Shown here: positions 1 to 10,900 of the stretch, piece by piece
How positions within the stretch are numbered: position 1 is the stretch's first letter
Layout of the letters: each line of letters opens with the position of its first letter
Assembly: GCA_965223425.1 (NCBI GenBank)
Contig: OZ245003.1
Coordinates: forward strand, 704,001 to 768,000
Direction of reading: 5' to 3'
Source: Nitrosopumilus sp.
GTDB lineage: Archaea; Thermoproteota; Nitrososphaeria; Nitrososphaerales; Nitrosopumilaceae
Length of the DNA stretch: 64,000 nucleotides
Notes under the pieces: generated by a model
The model's input: only the letters and a program-made list of their open reading frames with translations
What the model was told of the DNA's origin: nothing
The model's database searches: none
Made by a program: the position numbers and the translations under genes

Positions 1-48
1 TATTTTGTCCCCAAAATACCTCTATTTAAAGCAGAACTAACTAGAATT

Positions 49-822
49 CTACTCTGGAGAGTTTGATAATCCTCTAACGTAAACACATTGATCTGGGGAT
101 ATTGCCATCTCTGAAGGATTAATTTTTCTATCTGTAAGTTTTGCGCCTGAGTTTCTTACTATTGCAAATGGTTTTGATTCTGCACCCTCGCCCATCTTAT
201 GATTTGCAATAGTTGCAAGATTATCTACTACTGCTTGAAATGTTACCTTTAGCGGGTTGTCATCCAGATCTTTTTCAGCTCTCATGTCTAAGACGGGTTC
301 AATTCCGGCACATGCTACTGCGACCCCTGATGTTCCAACCCTTGCCGGCATCAATCTACTGTCTACTAGAATCACTCCAACATGAACAAGCATTTTTAAG
401 AAAATTTTTCTACGAATTTGCTCTGCAATAAGATATGGATTTGTTGGATATAGAATGACCCTGCCTTTTTTTGCGTTGGATTTGTCAATTCCAGCATTTG
501 GTGCCATTATATTGTCTGATGATGTGATTACAAATCCTCCTATCCCGCCAAAAATTTTGTCAGATTCTCTTACAATGACTTCGGCAATTTCTGGCTTCAA
601 TTGAAATTTTTTTGAAACTTCTGAACCCTCATCTGAGGTTCTAATTTTTTGAAGGTCTATAACTCTCCCTTGTGAACTTGAGATATATTTTGTTGAAATA
701 ACCAAAACATCCCCATTTTGCAGTTTAGATCTGTTTTTTCCTAGTGTTTTTACTAGTGCCTCAAAAACCTCAAATTTTTCATCCATTCTCTCTGCTAAAA
801 GAGGTAAAACGGTTAATTGCAC
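49..822 (-). CDS. cofE: Coenzyme F420-0:L-glutamate ligase
   Basis: GDVLVISTK, PNAGIDKSN, DSRLMPARVG and MGEGAE motifs typical of CofE. Confidence 0.9.
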   Translation of the reverse strand: MQLTVLPLLAERMDEKFEVFEALVKTLGKNRSKLQNGDVLVISTKYISSSQGRVIDLQKIRTSDEGSEVSKKFQLKPEIAEVIVRESDKIFGGIGGFVITSSDNIMAPNAGIDKSNAKKGRVILYPTNPYLIAEQIRRKIFLKMLVHVGVILVDSRLMPARVGTSGVAVACAGIEPVLDMRAEKDLDDNPLKVTFQAVVDNLATIANHKMGEGAESKPFAIVRNSGAKLTDRKINPSEMAISPDQCVYVRGLSNSPE

Positions 823-895
823 AGTATTCTAAGCATCCTTTTTCTTTTTTATTGTTCTGAAAAGCTTTTAATCTGTAGAACAAGCTTTTTTGGTT

Positions 896-2167
896 ATGAA
901 TATTGTTGAGAAGATTTTAGCATGCGCGTCTGGAAAATCTTCTGTATCCCCTGATGATGTTATTTTTGCCAATGTCGACAAGGTAATGGTTCATGATGTA
1001 TCCGGACCGGGCGTAATCAAGGTATTTGATAAACTAAAGAAACAGGGTATCTCAGTTGATAAATTATGGGATCCCACAAAAGTTTGGGTGGCCGAAGATC
1101 ATTTTGTTCCTTCAGCCGAAAAAGTATCTGCGGAAAATATTGTAAAACTATCAAACTTTACAAAAAACTATGGAATTGAAAAGCATTTCAAATACGGTAT
1201 GGGACAATATGGAATCTGTCATACGCTATCTCACGAGGAAGCAATGGTGATGCCCGGTGATGTTTATGTCGGCGGTGACTCTCATACAAACACAACTGGT
1301 GCATTAGGTGCATTTGCGTGCGGATTGGGACATACAGATATTGCCTATGTGTTACTGAATGGCAAAATTTGGTTCAAGGTTCCAGAAACCTACTACTTTA
1401 AGCTTAATGGGAAGCTACCTGACCATGTAATGGCCAAAGACTTGATTTTAAAAATAATTGGTGAAATAGGAACTGATGGCGGTGCATATAGGACCATGCA
1501 GTTTGGTGGAAGCGGTGTTGATGAAATGTCCGTCCAAAGCAGACTGACATTATGTAATATGACCACTGAAGCAGGTGCAAAAAATGGGATTGTCGAGCCA
1601 GATCAAAAAGTGGCTGACTATCTTTCTAGCCGGGGCGCAACAAATGTAAATCTGGTTAATGGTGATGATGATGCAGAATATGCTAAAGTGTTTGAATTTG
1701 AAAGCTCAGAAATGGAGCCAGTTATAGCAAAACCGTTCTCTCCTGAAAATATATCAGTTGTAAGAGAGGCCCCCTCTGTTGAACTGGACAAATCATACAT
1801 TGGGTCTTGCACCGGTGCAAAGTACGAGGATTTGGAGGCAGCAGCAAAAATCCTCAAAGGAAGAAAAGTAAAGATTAGAACTGAAATTTTACCTGCAGCC
1901 GTTTCAATCTATCGGCGCGCAATGGAGAATGGCCTGTTGAAAATTTTCCTAGATGCCGGCGCGACTGTTGGCCCTCCCACTTGCGGAGCGTGCTGTGGCG
2001 CTCACATGGGTGTTTTGGCAAAAGATGAGATCTGTATTAGCACCACCAACCGAAATTTTCCTGGAAGAATGGGCCATGTTGAATCCCAAACATACCTTTC
2101 ATCCCCCTTGGTAGCAGCTGCATCGGCAGTTACTGGAAAAATCACTGATCCGAGGGACTTGGAATGA
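896..2167 (+). CDS. Aconitase-family large subunit (homoaconitase / 3-isopropylmalate dehydratase, archaeal type)
   Basis: EDH, GICH, DSHT, IGSCTG, CGACCG and NRNFPGRMG motifs; ATG at 896. Confidence 0.88.
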   Translation: MNIVEKILACASGKSSVSPDDVIFANVDKVMVHDVSGPGVIKVFDKLKKQGISVDKLWDPTKVWVAEDHFVPSAEKVSAENIVKLSNFTKNYGIEKHFKYGMGQYGICHTLSHEEAMVMPGDVYVGGDSHTNTTGALGAFACGLGHTDIAYVLLNGKIWFKVPETYYFKLNGKLPDHVMAKDLILKIIGEIGTDGGAYRTMQFGGSGVDEMSVQSRLTLCNMTTEAGAKNGIVEPDQKVADYLSSRGATNVNLVNGDDDAEYAKVFEFESSEMEPVIAKPFSPENISVVREAPSVELDKSYIGSCTGAKYEDLEAAAKILKGRKVKIRTEILPAAVSIYRRAMENGLLKIFLDAGATVGPPTCGACCGAHMGVLAKDEICISTTNRNFPGRMGHVESQTYLSSPLVAAASAVTGKITDPRDLE

Positions 2168-2655
2168 GGGGCAACATCATAAAGTACGCACAGGACAACA
2201 TTGACACTGACGTAATTATTCCGGGCCAATATCTGAAAGTACATGATTACGCTGAGCTTGCCACTCATGCGATGGAGGGGCTGGATCTTGACTTTCACTC
2301 GAAGGTAAAAGACGGTGATTTCATTTTATCTGGTAGAAACTTTGGATGCGGCTCATCCCGTGAGCATGCGCCCATTGCCTTGTCCCACTCTGGAGTAAAA
2401 GCCGTTCTTGCATTGTCTTTTGCAAGAATTTTTTATCGCAACGCAGTTGATGGCGCGTTCTTGTTGCCAATTGAAATCGATGAGGATGCATACAATGGTA
2501 TTTCCGAAGGCGATGAAATCGATATTGATGTCTCTTCTAATGAAATCAAAAACATTACTAAAAGCCAATCATACAAAATGAAGCCGTTCTCAGAAATCAT
2601 CGGAAAGATAATTGCTGCAGGCGGTCTCTTCAAGTACAAACCAGACCGGGATTGA
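2164..2655 (+). CDS. Homoaconitase / isopropylmalate dehydratase small subunit (archaeal type)
   Basis: [10 protein letters not shown] and [11 protein letters not shown]; overlaps the stop of the large subunit. Confidence 0.88.
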   Translation: MRGNIIKYAQDNIDTDVIIPGQYLKVHDYAELATHAMEGLDLDFHSKVKDGDFILSGRNFGCGSSREHAPIALSHSGVKAVLALSFARIFYRNAVDGAFLLPIEIDEDAYNGISEGDEIDIDVSSNEIKNITKSQSYKMKPFSEIIGKIIAAGGLFKYKPDRD

Positions 2656-2656
2656 A

Positions 2657-4072
2657 ATGGGAAAGACTCTTTTTGAAAAAATTTGGAACTCTCATGTTGT
2701 TGCTGAAAAACATGGCGGCCCGTCTTTAATCTATGTTGACAGACACCTTGTACATGAAGTAACATCGCCTCAAGCCTTTGATGGACTGCGTATGAGTAAA
2801 AGAAAAGTCCGTCGACCTGATCTTACCGTTGCCACAATGGATCATAACGTTCCTACAAATGATCGCTCCCTTCCAATTTTAGATCAGGTCTCTGCAATTC
2901 AAATGCAGACGTTGGAAAAAAATTGTACGGATTTTGGAATTAAACTATTTGACATTAACAGTCCTAACCAGGGAATTGTACACGTGATAGGACCCCAGCT
3001 GGGAATCACCCTGCCCGGCTCTACAATTGTCTGCGGTGACAGCCATACGTCTACTCATGGGGCCTTTGGGGCATTGGCATTGGGAATTGGAACCAGCGAT
3101 GTTGAGCATGTGTTGGCATCTCAAACTTTATGGCTGGAAAAACCAAACCCTTTTGAAATTCGGATTGAAGGAAAAAGACAGAACCCTCACGCCGTTACTG
3201 CTAAGGACATCATGCTTTCAATAATCAAAAATATTGGCACCGGGGGAGGGGCTGGCACCGTAATTGAATATCGAGGTCGAGGCATTGCTGATCTTTCCAT
3301 GGACCAAAGAATGACTATTTGCAATATGTCCATTGAAGCCGGCGCACGTGCAGGTCTGATTGCACCTGATGGGAAGACTTTTGAGTATCTTAGGGACAGA
3401 GAATACACTCCAAAAAACTATGAATCCCTTGTTGACTCCTGGAAAGAAAGTTTAAAGACAGATGGTGACGCAAAATTTGAAAGGCAATTCACCTTGCATA
3501 TCGATAATATTGCACCCCAAGTTAGCTGGGGAACAAACCCTGGAATGACTTGTGATGTTACCGAATCCATTCCACATCCTGATGAATTCTCCAGGGGCGA
3601 TGTTAGTCAAAAAAAGAGCGCTGAAAAAGCACTTGACTATATGGACTTGAAACCCGGAACTCCAATTGAAGATATCAAAATTGACAGGGTGTTTATTGGT
3701 TCTTGTACTAATGCGCGCTTGGAAGATCTTATTGAGGCATCCAAAATAGTTCAAGGACAAAAAATCTCACCAAATGTCAGGGCAATGGTCGTTCCCGGAT
3801 CTCAGATGGTGAAAAAACAGGCTGAGGACATGGGCATTGATAAAATCTTCATTAATGCTAATTTTGAATGGCGAGAAGCTGGATGTAGCATGTGCCTTGG
3901 AATGAATCCTGATATTTTATCGCCTGGTGAAAGGTGTGCCAGCACATCAAATAGGAATTTTGAAGGCAGGCAAGGAGCCGGCGGAAGAACTCACCTGGCA
4001 AGCCCTGTGATGGCCGCAGCAGCTGCAATCCACGGACATTTCGTAGACGTAAGGAACCTGGATCTGAATTAA
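2657..4072 (+). CDS. leuC: 3-isopropylmalate dehydratase large subunit
   Basis: [31 protein letters not shown] and [10 protein letters not shown]; ATG at 2657. Confidence 0.93.
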   Translation: MGKTLFEKIWNSHVVAEKHGGPSLIYVDRHLVHEVTSPQAFDGLRMSKRKVRRPDLTVATMDHNVPTNDRSLPILDQVSAIQMQTLEKNCTDFGIKLFDINSPNQGIVHVIGPQLGITLPGSTIVCGDSHTSTHGAFGALALGIGTSDVEHVLASQTLWLEKPNPFEIRIEGKRQNPHAVTAKDIMLSIIKNIGTGGGAGTVIEYRGRGIADLSMDQRMTICNMSIEAGARAGLIAPDGKTFEYLRDREYTPKNYESLVDSWKESLKTDGDAKFERQFTLHIDNIAPQVSWGTNPGMTCDVTESIPHPDEFSRGDVSQKKSAEKALDYMDLKPGTPIEDIKIDRVFIGSCTNARLEDLIEASKIVQGQKISPNVRAMVVPGSQMVKKQAEDMGIDKIFINANFEWREAGCSMCLGMNPDILSPGERCASTSNRNFEGRQGAGGRTHLASPVMAAAAAIHGHFVDVRNLDLN

Positions 4073-4073
4073 A

Positions 4074-4658
4074 ATGGAACCCTTTAAAAAAGTAAAAAGC
4101 GTTGCGACTCCGCTTGATGAGGTCAATGTCGACACTGATCAAATTGTTCCAAAACAGTTTTTAAAACTGGTACAAAAGTCTGGATTTGGAAAATTTTTGT
4201 TCTATAACTGGCGATATGATGAAAACGGGAACATGAAACCTGATTTTGTTTTGAATGATTCTGCATATGATAATTCTAATATTCTTGTAACTGGGGACAA
4301 TTTTGGCTGCGGTTCTAGTCGTGAACATGCGGTTTGGGCTCTTCGGGACCATGGCTTTTCTGTTATTATTGCACCTTCTTTTGCTGACATCTTCTTTAGT
4401 AATTGTTTTAAAAACGGAGTCTTGCCGATTTCATTAGATGCAAAAACAGTTGAAACGCTACAGCAAGAAACAAGCCCAATTGAAGTGGATCTAGAAAAAC
4501 AAATTATCAAAACTTCTTCTGCAGAAATATCTTTTGGGATAGATTCGCACAAGAAAAAAATTCTTTTAGAAGGTTTGGACGATATCGCGCAAACTTTTCA
4601 GTTTGAAGACAAAATTTCTGCATTTGAAAAAGAGTCTAAAACCCCATCTGTTTTATAA
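4074..4658 (+). CDS. leuD: 3-isopropylmalate dehydratase small subunit
   Basis: NVDTDQIVPKQFL and [15 protein letters not shown]. Confidence 0.93.
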   Translation: MEPFKKVKSVATPLDEVNVDTDQIVPKQFLKLVQKSGFGKFLFYNWRYDENGNMKPDFVLNDSAYDNSNILVTGDNFGCGSSREHAVWALRDHGFSVIIAPSFADIFFSNCFKNGVLPISLDAKTVETLQQETSPIEVDLEKQIIKTSSAEISFGIDSHKKKILLEGLDDIAQTFQFEDKISAFEKESKTPSVL

Positions 4659-5379
4659 TCTTCTGTACTGCTTTTTCATTTCTTTCCAAAATCATGGGCG
4701 ATTCTGCATCAATCCATTCCATATTTCCAATATCAAAAGCACTAACCCTCCCTTCTTTTGATATTTGTTGTAAAATATCATATGAAAGATTGATTGTTTT
4801 CTGTTTTTGTTTCTGTTTCTGTTTCTGTTTTTGTCTTGCTTTGATTCGCTTGATGATGTCCTTTCTGAGCATGTATATTCCCAAACATTCTGATAGTTGT
4901 AGCTTCATGACTGGCTTCTCTTTAAATTCAGTTATGATGCCATTTTTTACAACTGCAAATCCCGTTTCTTCTTTTCTTTTTGTCCTGGTTGCGATGCATG
5001 CAGAGCCCTTTTTCTTTCTGAAAAACTCCTTCATCTTTTTTAGATCGATTGCGCACAAGTTATCCACAAACCATAACAAAAATTCTGATTCATTTTTGAG
5101 CTTTCTCTCAATATGTAACAGATCTCCCCCTGTGCCGCTCTGTGAATCTTGAACCAGACTGATGTTTTTTTGACTTTCATAATAATTTCTGATCTGGCCT
5201 CCTAATCCGTTGAAATCTGAAACTATTACGATTTCTTTTACAAAACTAAATGATTGCAGATATTTTACAACATAATCAATTAACGGCTTGCCGTTAATTG
5301 GGGTCATTGCTTTTGGAAAATACTCTGTATATGGCTTGCCTCTGGTTCCTTTGCCGCCTGCTAAAATTACAGCCTTCAA
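4636..5379 (-). CDS. Sugar-phosphate nucleotidyltransferase family protein
   Basis: MKAVILAGGKGTR...PKAM N-terminus, FKEKP motif; contains a (KQ)n insertion. Confidence 0.85.
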   Translation of the reverse strand: MKAVILAGGKGTRGKPYTEYFPKAMTPINGKPLIDYVVKYLQSFSFVKEIVIVSDFNGLGGQIRNYYESQKNISLVQDSQSGTGGDLLHIERKLKNESEFLLWFVDNLCAIDLKKMKEFFRKKKGSACIATRTKRKEETGFAVVKNGIITEFKEKPVMKLQLSECLGIYMLRKDIIKRIKARQKQKQKQKQKQKTINLSYDILQQISKEGRVSAFDIGNMEWIDAESPMILERNEKAVQKIIKQMGF

Positions 5380-5382
5380 AGT

Positions 5383-5832
5383 CTAACGGTATGATTTCTG
5401 TTTTCTTCTTCTTGCACCAGGCCCGCCAAATTTCTTTGGTTCTTTTCGTCTGGCATCTCCACTAATCAGATATTTGTCAAATTCTGTAATTCGTTTTCGA
5501 AGGTCTTCTCTGGTAGATTTTGGAAATGGATGTTCTTTTGGGTCTTTTTTGGATTTTGTCCATCCTGTAAGCGCCCTTGATATTCCGGTTGCAACTGCAC
5601 TGGCTTGTCCCATAAAACCGCCGCCTCTTACTCTGACTGAAATGTCTATTTTGTCTCTCAACTTGCCTGTAATTTCCAGTGGTGCAAAAATTACCTCACG
5701 TGCGGTCTCTTGTGGAATCATTTCTACTGGAACGTTGTTGATTCTAACCTTGCCCTGCCCTTTTGTAATGTAGACATGTGCGCTAGCTGCTTTCCTGGTT
5801 GCAAAATAAATTTCAGTTTTTGGAATTGTCAT
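5383..5832 (-). CDS. rps9: 30S ribosomal protein S9
   Basis: VRGGGFMGQA and DARRKEPKKFGGPGARRRKQKSYR. Confidence 0.97.
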   Translation of the reverse strand: MTIPKTEIYFATRKAASAHVYITKGQGKVRINNVPVEMIPQETAREVIFAPLEITGKLRDKIDISVRVRGGGFMGQASAVATGISRALTGWTKSKKDPKEHPFPKSTREDLRKRITEFDKYLISGDARRKEPKKFGGPGARRRKQKSYR

Positions 5833-6293
5833 TCAGTCCACCCTATTACTCTGCCCAATTCTCCCATTGTGGTATAGTTTGATGCAGATTTTTTAATCTT
5901 TGCTTTCTCAAATTGAATTTTTTCAAGCGATTTTAGTTCTTTTGGCGAACCAATGTATGCTCTAAGTCTCTTGTGTGCTGTAATGCCTGATGGCTTTTTT
6001 TCATAGGGCAGCATTCCACGAATCATTTTCGTAATCATTGTATCTGGTCTTCTATAGTGGACGGGCCCATGTTTTGGATTAATGATGCTGTTAATTTCTA
6101 GAAACTCTCTATACTCTTTGATAATGTTTGATCTGGTTCCACTCATCATAATCTTCTCACAATTTACAAGTGATACTCTGTTTCCTTTGAGTAATAGTTT
6201 TGCAACGTGTGATGATAACCTACCTGCAATATGGTCTGTTGCATCCACTACAATCGGCCTGTCTGTTCTTACAACAGTTTCTTGTTTAGCCAA
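5829..6293 (-). CDS. rpl13: 50S ribosomal protein L13
   Basis: VVDATDHIAGRLSS and IRGMLP; likely TTG start at 6293. Confidence 0.95.
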   Translation of the reverse strand: MAKQETVVRTDRPIVVDATDHIAGRLSSHVAKLLLKGNRVSLVNCEKIMMSGTRSNIIKEYREFLEINSIINPKHGPVHYRRPDTMITKMIRGMLPYEKKPSGITAHKRLRAYIGSPKELKSLEKIQFEKAKIKKSASNYTTMGELGRVIGWTE

Positions 6294-6633
6294 GTAAAAC
6301 GACTCCTTTTCCAGTAGGATTTTGTTCAATTAATTCTGAATAACCAATTAATTTGCCCCCGTTATCTGTTATTTTACCTGCCGCTGAGTTTGAAATTGAA
6401 AATGAACATAACGTGATTTTATGAGAAACATTACCTGTTCCAAGAACTTTTCCTGGAAAGACCACAGTATCGTTTTCTTTTGTTAGTTGGCCAATCCTGT
6501 TCAAATTGATGTCCCGTCTTGCAATAGATGGTTTTAGTGCATATTCTGCCAGTTTTGCCCAAATTGGGGCATCGTTTTTGATTGAAGCCTTTTTTAGATC
6601 TTTGGCCATACGTATAACCACTTGATTAGTCAT
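6286..6633 (-). CDS. rpl18e: 50S ribosomal protein L18e
   Basis: INLNRI and VVFPGKVLGTG; position in the rpoD-L18e-L13-S9 operon. Confidence 0.95.
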   Translation of the reverse strand: MTNQVVIRMAKDLKKASIKNDAPIWAKLAEYALKPSIARRDINLNRIGQLTKENDTVVFPGKVLGTGNVSHKITLCSFSISNSAAGKITDNGGKLIGYSELIEQNPTGKGVVLLG

Positions 6634-6678
6634 GTGAATATTGCGGTTTAAAACCCAAATATAATGTGTATGCTTAGT

Positions 6679-7317
6679 TTATTCTTCGATTTTGCTGATC
6701 ATGTCTTTGAATTCGCTTAATCTGCTACTTACCTCGTTTACTCCTGCAAGAATAATTTGTTCTGGACTGAGAGCCCCGGTTGATTCTACAGTGAGAACTC
6801 TTTCGTTTTCTTTGTCTGTTTCAGTAAGCATTGATACATTTGCAGAATTCCATTTGGCATGCTGTGTTCCGCGTCCAAGTTTTGCATAACATTCAATTTT
6901 GATTCTTTGACCTGGAGCTAGTTCAACAAGTGCAATTTTATCTGAAATTGGTTTTATTGAATCATCCTCAGAGGATAATTCATTTGAAAGAACAGTTCTT
7001 GTTTCGTCTGATTCTCCAGAATCTAACACCAACATGACTTTGCAGTTTGAGCAGCCAGACTCACTCTGACATTCACATTTGGATGGTTCATTAAATCTGG
7101 CCAAATCTGTTTTTAATGGAATTAGTCCTAATCTGTGTGCCAATCCCTCGTCAGGTAATACAGAAGAATTTTCTATAATGTCAACTGTATCAATAGCAAA
7201 AACTGGTACGCCATTTAGACAAATACGTCTAAGTGCATTTGCATACTGTAAAGGAACGTTTTTCATCTTTACGGACATTTTTTGATTATCTTTGCTGATT
7301 ACTTCTAGGGATGACAA
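6679..7317 (-). CDS. rpoD: DNA-directed RNA polymerase subunit D
   Basis: ANALRR, ENSSVLPDEGLAHRLGLIPL and HAKW; start is TTG 7317 or GTG 7344. Confidence 0.95.
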   Translation of the reverse strand: MSSLEVISKDNQKMSVKMKNVPLQYANALRRICLNGVPVFAIDTVDIIENSSVLPDEGLAHRLGLIPLKTDLARFNEPSKCECQSESGCSNCKVMLVLDSGESDETRTVLSNELSSEDDSIKPISDKIALVELAPGQRIKIECYAKLGRGTQHAKWNSANVSMLTETDKENERVLTVESTGALSPEQIILAGVNEVSSRLSEFKDMISKIEE

Positions 7318-7920
7318 ATCTTGAACAAAATCTTCAAAGTCCACATAAAAATCTAGCTAGTTTTACGTATGGATGAGGACGAATAACCCTTTGTTATCGA
7401 TAATTCAAAACACCTCGTCTCTGAAAATTTTACTTTCATGTGTTTTGTGGCAATAAATCCTATGTCAGTGTCCTCTCTCATGATCGAGTATGTATTCTGA
7501 ACTAAGACGTTTATGACCATTTTCTTTAATTGTAGTATATGAAAATTATTTCGCCCAGTCATCAGTGTCCTCCTCCCTCCATTTCGGGTTGTCTTTCCTG
7601 ATCGTATCTATGGCCTTTCTATGTCCAAATGCCCGTAGTGAGGTCTCACATCAGTTTACTGAAAGCTAGTCTTTTCATAACTTCAACTTCAAGTACAAAA
7701 ATCCCCGTTGTTTTTACTAGTTTAGGCAGGGTTAGCAACAGACTACTGAAAACGCAAACTATATTATCAAACCTTTTCATAGTCATATATTGGAAAATAA
7801 TTCGTCTGCCAGAGTAGCCGTTTCTAGTTTAATAAATTACATGGATGCAAGTTGTTGTTGTTGTCATGCGTCAAAATTATCTGCCTCCTTTCTGCGCGTA
7901 ACCTTTGATACTCCGCCCGC

Positions 7921-7934
7921 GGGGGGGGGGGGGG
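7921..7934 (+). repeat. G14 homopolymer upstream of giant gene 1
   Basis: 14 consecutive G about 50 nt upstream of the TTG start. Confidence 0.9.
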
Positions 7935-7985
7935 TTAGCAGCAGCAGTAATGGTGGGAGAAGAAGAGTACAGGAGAGTCTGAGAG

Positions 7986-10900
7986 TTGCGACGACTGATA
8001 AAACCGCCATTGCTTGCAACAGCAGCAGCAGCAACAGCGCTTGTTCTTCTGATTCCACTTTGCATCCCCTTTGCGGAAGCCACGATAGATTCGCCTGTTC
8101 CAGTAGCCTCTATCACTGACGACCAGAGACATTCCACCGGCAAGATATTTGACGAGCTTCAATTTGCAAATGACATCACCACAGTAAAGATAGGCACCAG
8201 TACCTACGCCCTGGTCGCAGCAGATCGTGACGACGGCGTCCAGATAATCGACATTACCAATCCAGCAGACCCCTTCCCGACAGCCTCCTTTGGTGACGGG
8301 GACACCGTCACAGTCGACGGGGTAACTGGGACATTTCACGAGCTTGACGACGCACAGGACATCACCACAGTAACTATCGGCACCAGTATCTACGCCCTAG
8401 TCACAGCAAAATCTAACGGCGGCGTCCAGATAATAGACATTACAGATCCCGCAAACCCCTTCCCGACAGCCTCCTTTGGTGACGGGGATCGCGTCACAGT
8501 CGACGGGGTAACTGGGACATTTCACGAGCTTAGATCTGCACGAGGCATCACCACCGTAACTATCGACACCAGTACCTACGCCCTGGTCACAGCAACCACT
8601 GACCGTGGCGTCCAGATAGTCAACATTACAGATCCCGCAAACCCCTTCCCGACGGCCTCCTTTGATGAAGGGGACACCGTCACAGTCGACGGGGTAGTTA
8701 GGACATTTGACAATCTTCGCGAAGGATATGACATCACCACAGCAACTATCGGCGCCAGCACGTACGCCCTAGTCGCAGCATCCTATGTGCACGGCATCCA
8801 GATAATCGACATTACAGATCCCGCAAACCCCTTCCCGACAGCCTCCTTTAATGACGAGGAGCTCGTCACAGTCGACGGGGTAAATGGGACATTTGACAAG
8901 CTTAAAAGACCACGGGACATCACCACAGTAACTATCGACACCAGTATCTACGCTCTGGTCGCAGCATGGAGTGACAACGGCGTCCAGATAGTCAACATTA
9001 CAGATCCCGCAAACCCCTTCCCGACGGCCTCCTTTGGTGACGGGGACCGCGTCCCAGTAGGCAATGCAAACAGGACATATGACGAGCTTGACCGCCCACT
9101 TGGCATCACCACAGTAAAGATAGGCACCAGTATCTACGCCCTGGTCGCGTCAGAACGTGACGACGGCGTCCAGATAATCGACATTACAGATCCCGCAAAC
9201 CCCTTCCCGACCTCCTCCTTTGGTGACGGGGACCGCGTCCCAATCGCCGGTGCAACCAGGATATTTAACGAGCTTAACGGCGCACAGGACATCACCACAG
9301 TAACTATCGACAACAGCACGTACGCCCTGGTCGTGTCTCGCGATGACAGCGGCGTCCAGATAGTCGACATCTCGGCAAGTTCTGTTGCAGGCCAGACCAC
9401 GCCAGTAATCAAACTTTTCGGTGTGAACCCGCACCTGATGGAGCTTGGCGGCGCCAACTATACAGAGTCCGGGGCCACGTGTAATGATGCAGACGGCACC
9501 GACCTAACAAGCAATGTCACCATAAACAGCGGCAGTGTCAGCAGGTTTGCCGTGGGGGAGTACGACGTCACCTACGACTGTGCAGCAGATGACAGCGGCA
9601 GCGACAGCAGCAGGGCCGACACTGTGATCCGCAAAGTCGCAGTCCGCGACACCATAAAGCCCGCATTTGTAGTAGATGAGCACGACGCAGATTACACCAC
9701 CACCATAAACATGAGTGGCACGTACGTTGCAGGCACGATCCTAAACGTGACTGACCGCGACGAGACCACCGAGAGCATAGGGAGCGCCGACGCAGTAGAT
9801 ACAAACATTCCGGGAACCTACTACGTCACCTACACCGTCACTGATGCCTCTGGCAACTCGCGCACAATAACTGAGACCGTAATAATATTTGACACGAGGC
9901 CCCCCGTAATCGAGCTAAACGGCGACAACCCGCACTTTGTGGAGTGGGGCTCCGGATACGACGAGCCGGGCGCCGTATGCACTGACGGCGCAGGCGATGA
10001 CACGCTCTCGCCGGAAAATCTCGTGATAAACTTTACCGCGCCAGTTGACGCATCCGCCGTGGGCGACTACCAGGTCAACTACTACTGCACGGACCCAGAC
10101 AGCAACATTCACGCAGACCCCCCCGTGGTCCGCGTGGTTACAGTCCGCGATACGGTGTCGCCCGTAATTGTCGATGCCGCCCTGCTCGGGGCAGGCACCA
10201 TAGTCCTGACCTACAGCGAGCCAGTCGACGTGAAATCTGATGCGACTGACGGCTCCGGGTTCGGGCTGTCTGACGGAACAGTACATTTCAACTCGGATCC
10301 CGCAGGCGCCGCCAACAAGATAACGCTTGGCATCTCCGGGCGTAACGGCTCCACTGCCGATCCGCCTGACATCACGTATGATTCTGAATCCGGAGGAAGC
10401 GTGGAGGACACCAACGGGAACGCCGCGCACACGGGGACCTTTGATGGAACCATAGATATGGCGCCCCCCATACCAAAGTCTGCCCACACGTCCAACTCCA
10501 CTGCCATTCACATCGGGCTTTCAGAGGCAGTAGCTGACGCCGGTGTCGCTCCCGGCGACTTTGCGCTGTCTGTGGCCCCCGCGGCAGTAACGCCTGTTAA
10601 TGCCACTGTGCATGCAGGTGATGGTGATAATCTCCACGCTGCCCCGCATGTCACCTCCGTGTCAGTTGACGGCTCCCGCATCACGCTCCTCCTAAACGGC
10701 GCGCTGCACGGAAACCAGGACGTAAAGGTCTCATACCAAAAGGGCGGCTCCATCGGTACGGGCACCGGTTCAGGCGGCACCATAAACGACCTCTCAGGGG
10801 GCACCACGCTTGCCGGCTCTGTTCCGATCGGCCAGCAGGCAGACTTTCCAGTCGCCATGACCCTCTCCAAGGACGGCACAACAATCTTTGTGCTTGACTT

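Noticed and set aside
896-4658. Tandem duplicate leuCD as a novelty
   Set aside because: The pairs are divergent archaeal-type and bacterial-type aconitase-family enzymes; ordinary core metabolism.
7353-7817. Short ORFs between rpoD and giant gene 1
   Set aside because: No recognisable motifs; probably degraded DNA.
7921-7990. Classical in-CDS frameshift phase variation fusing an upstream ATG to the giant ORF
   Set aside because: An in-frame TGA lies between the G tract and the TTG start in both genes, so slippage alone cannot produce a fusion.
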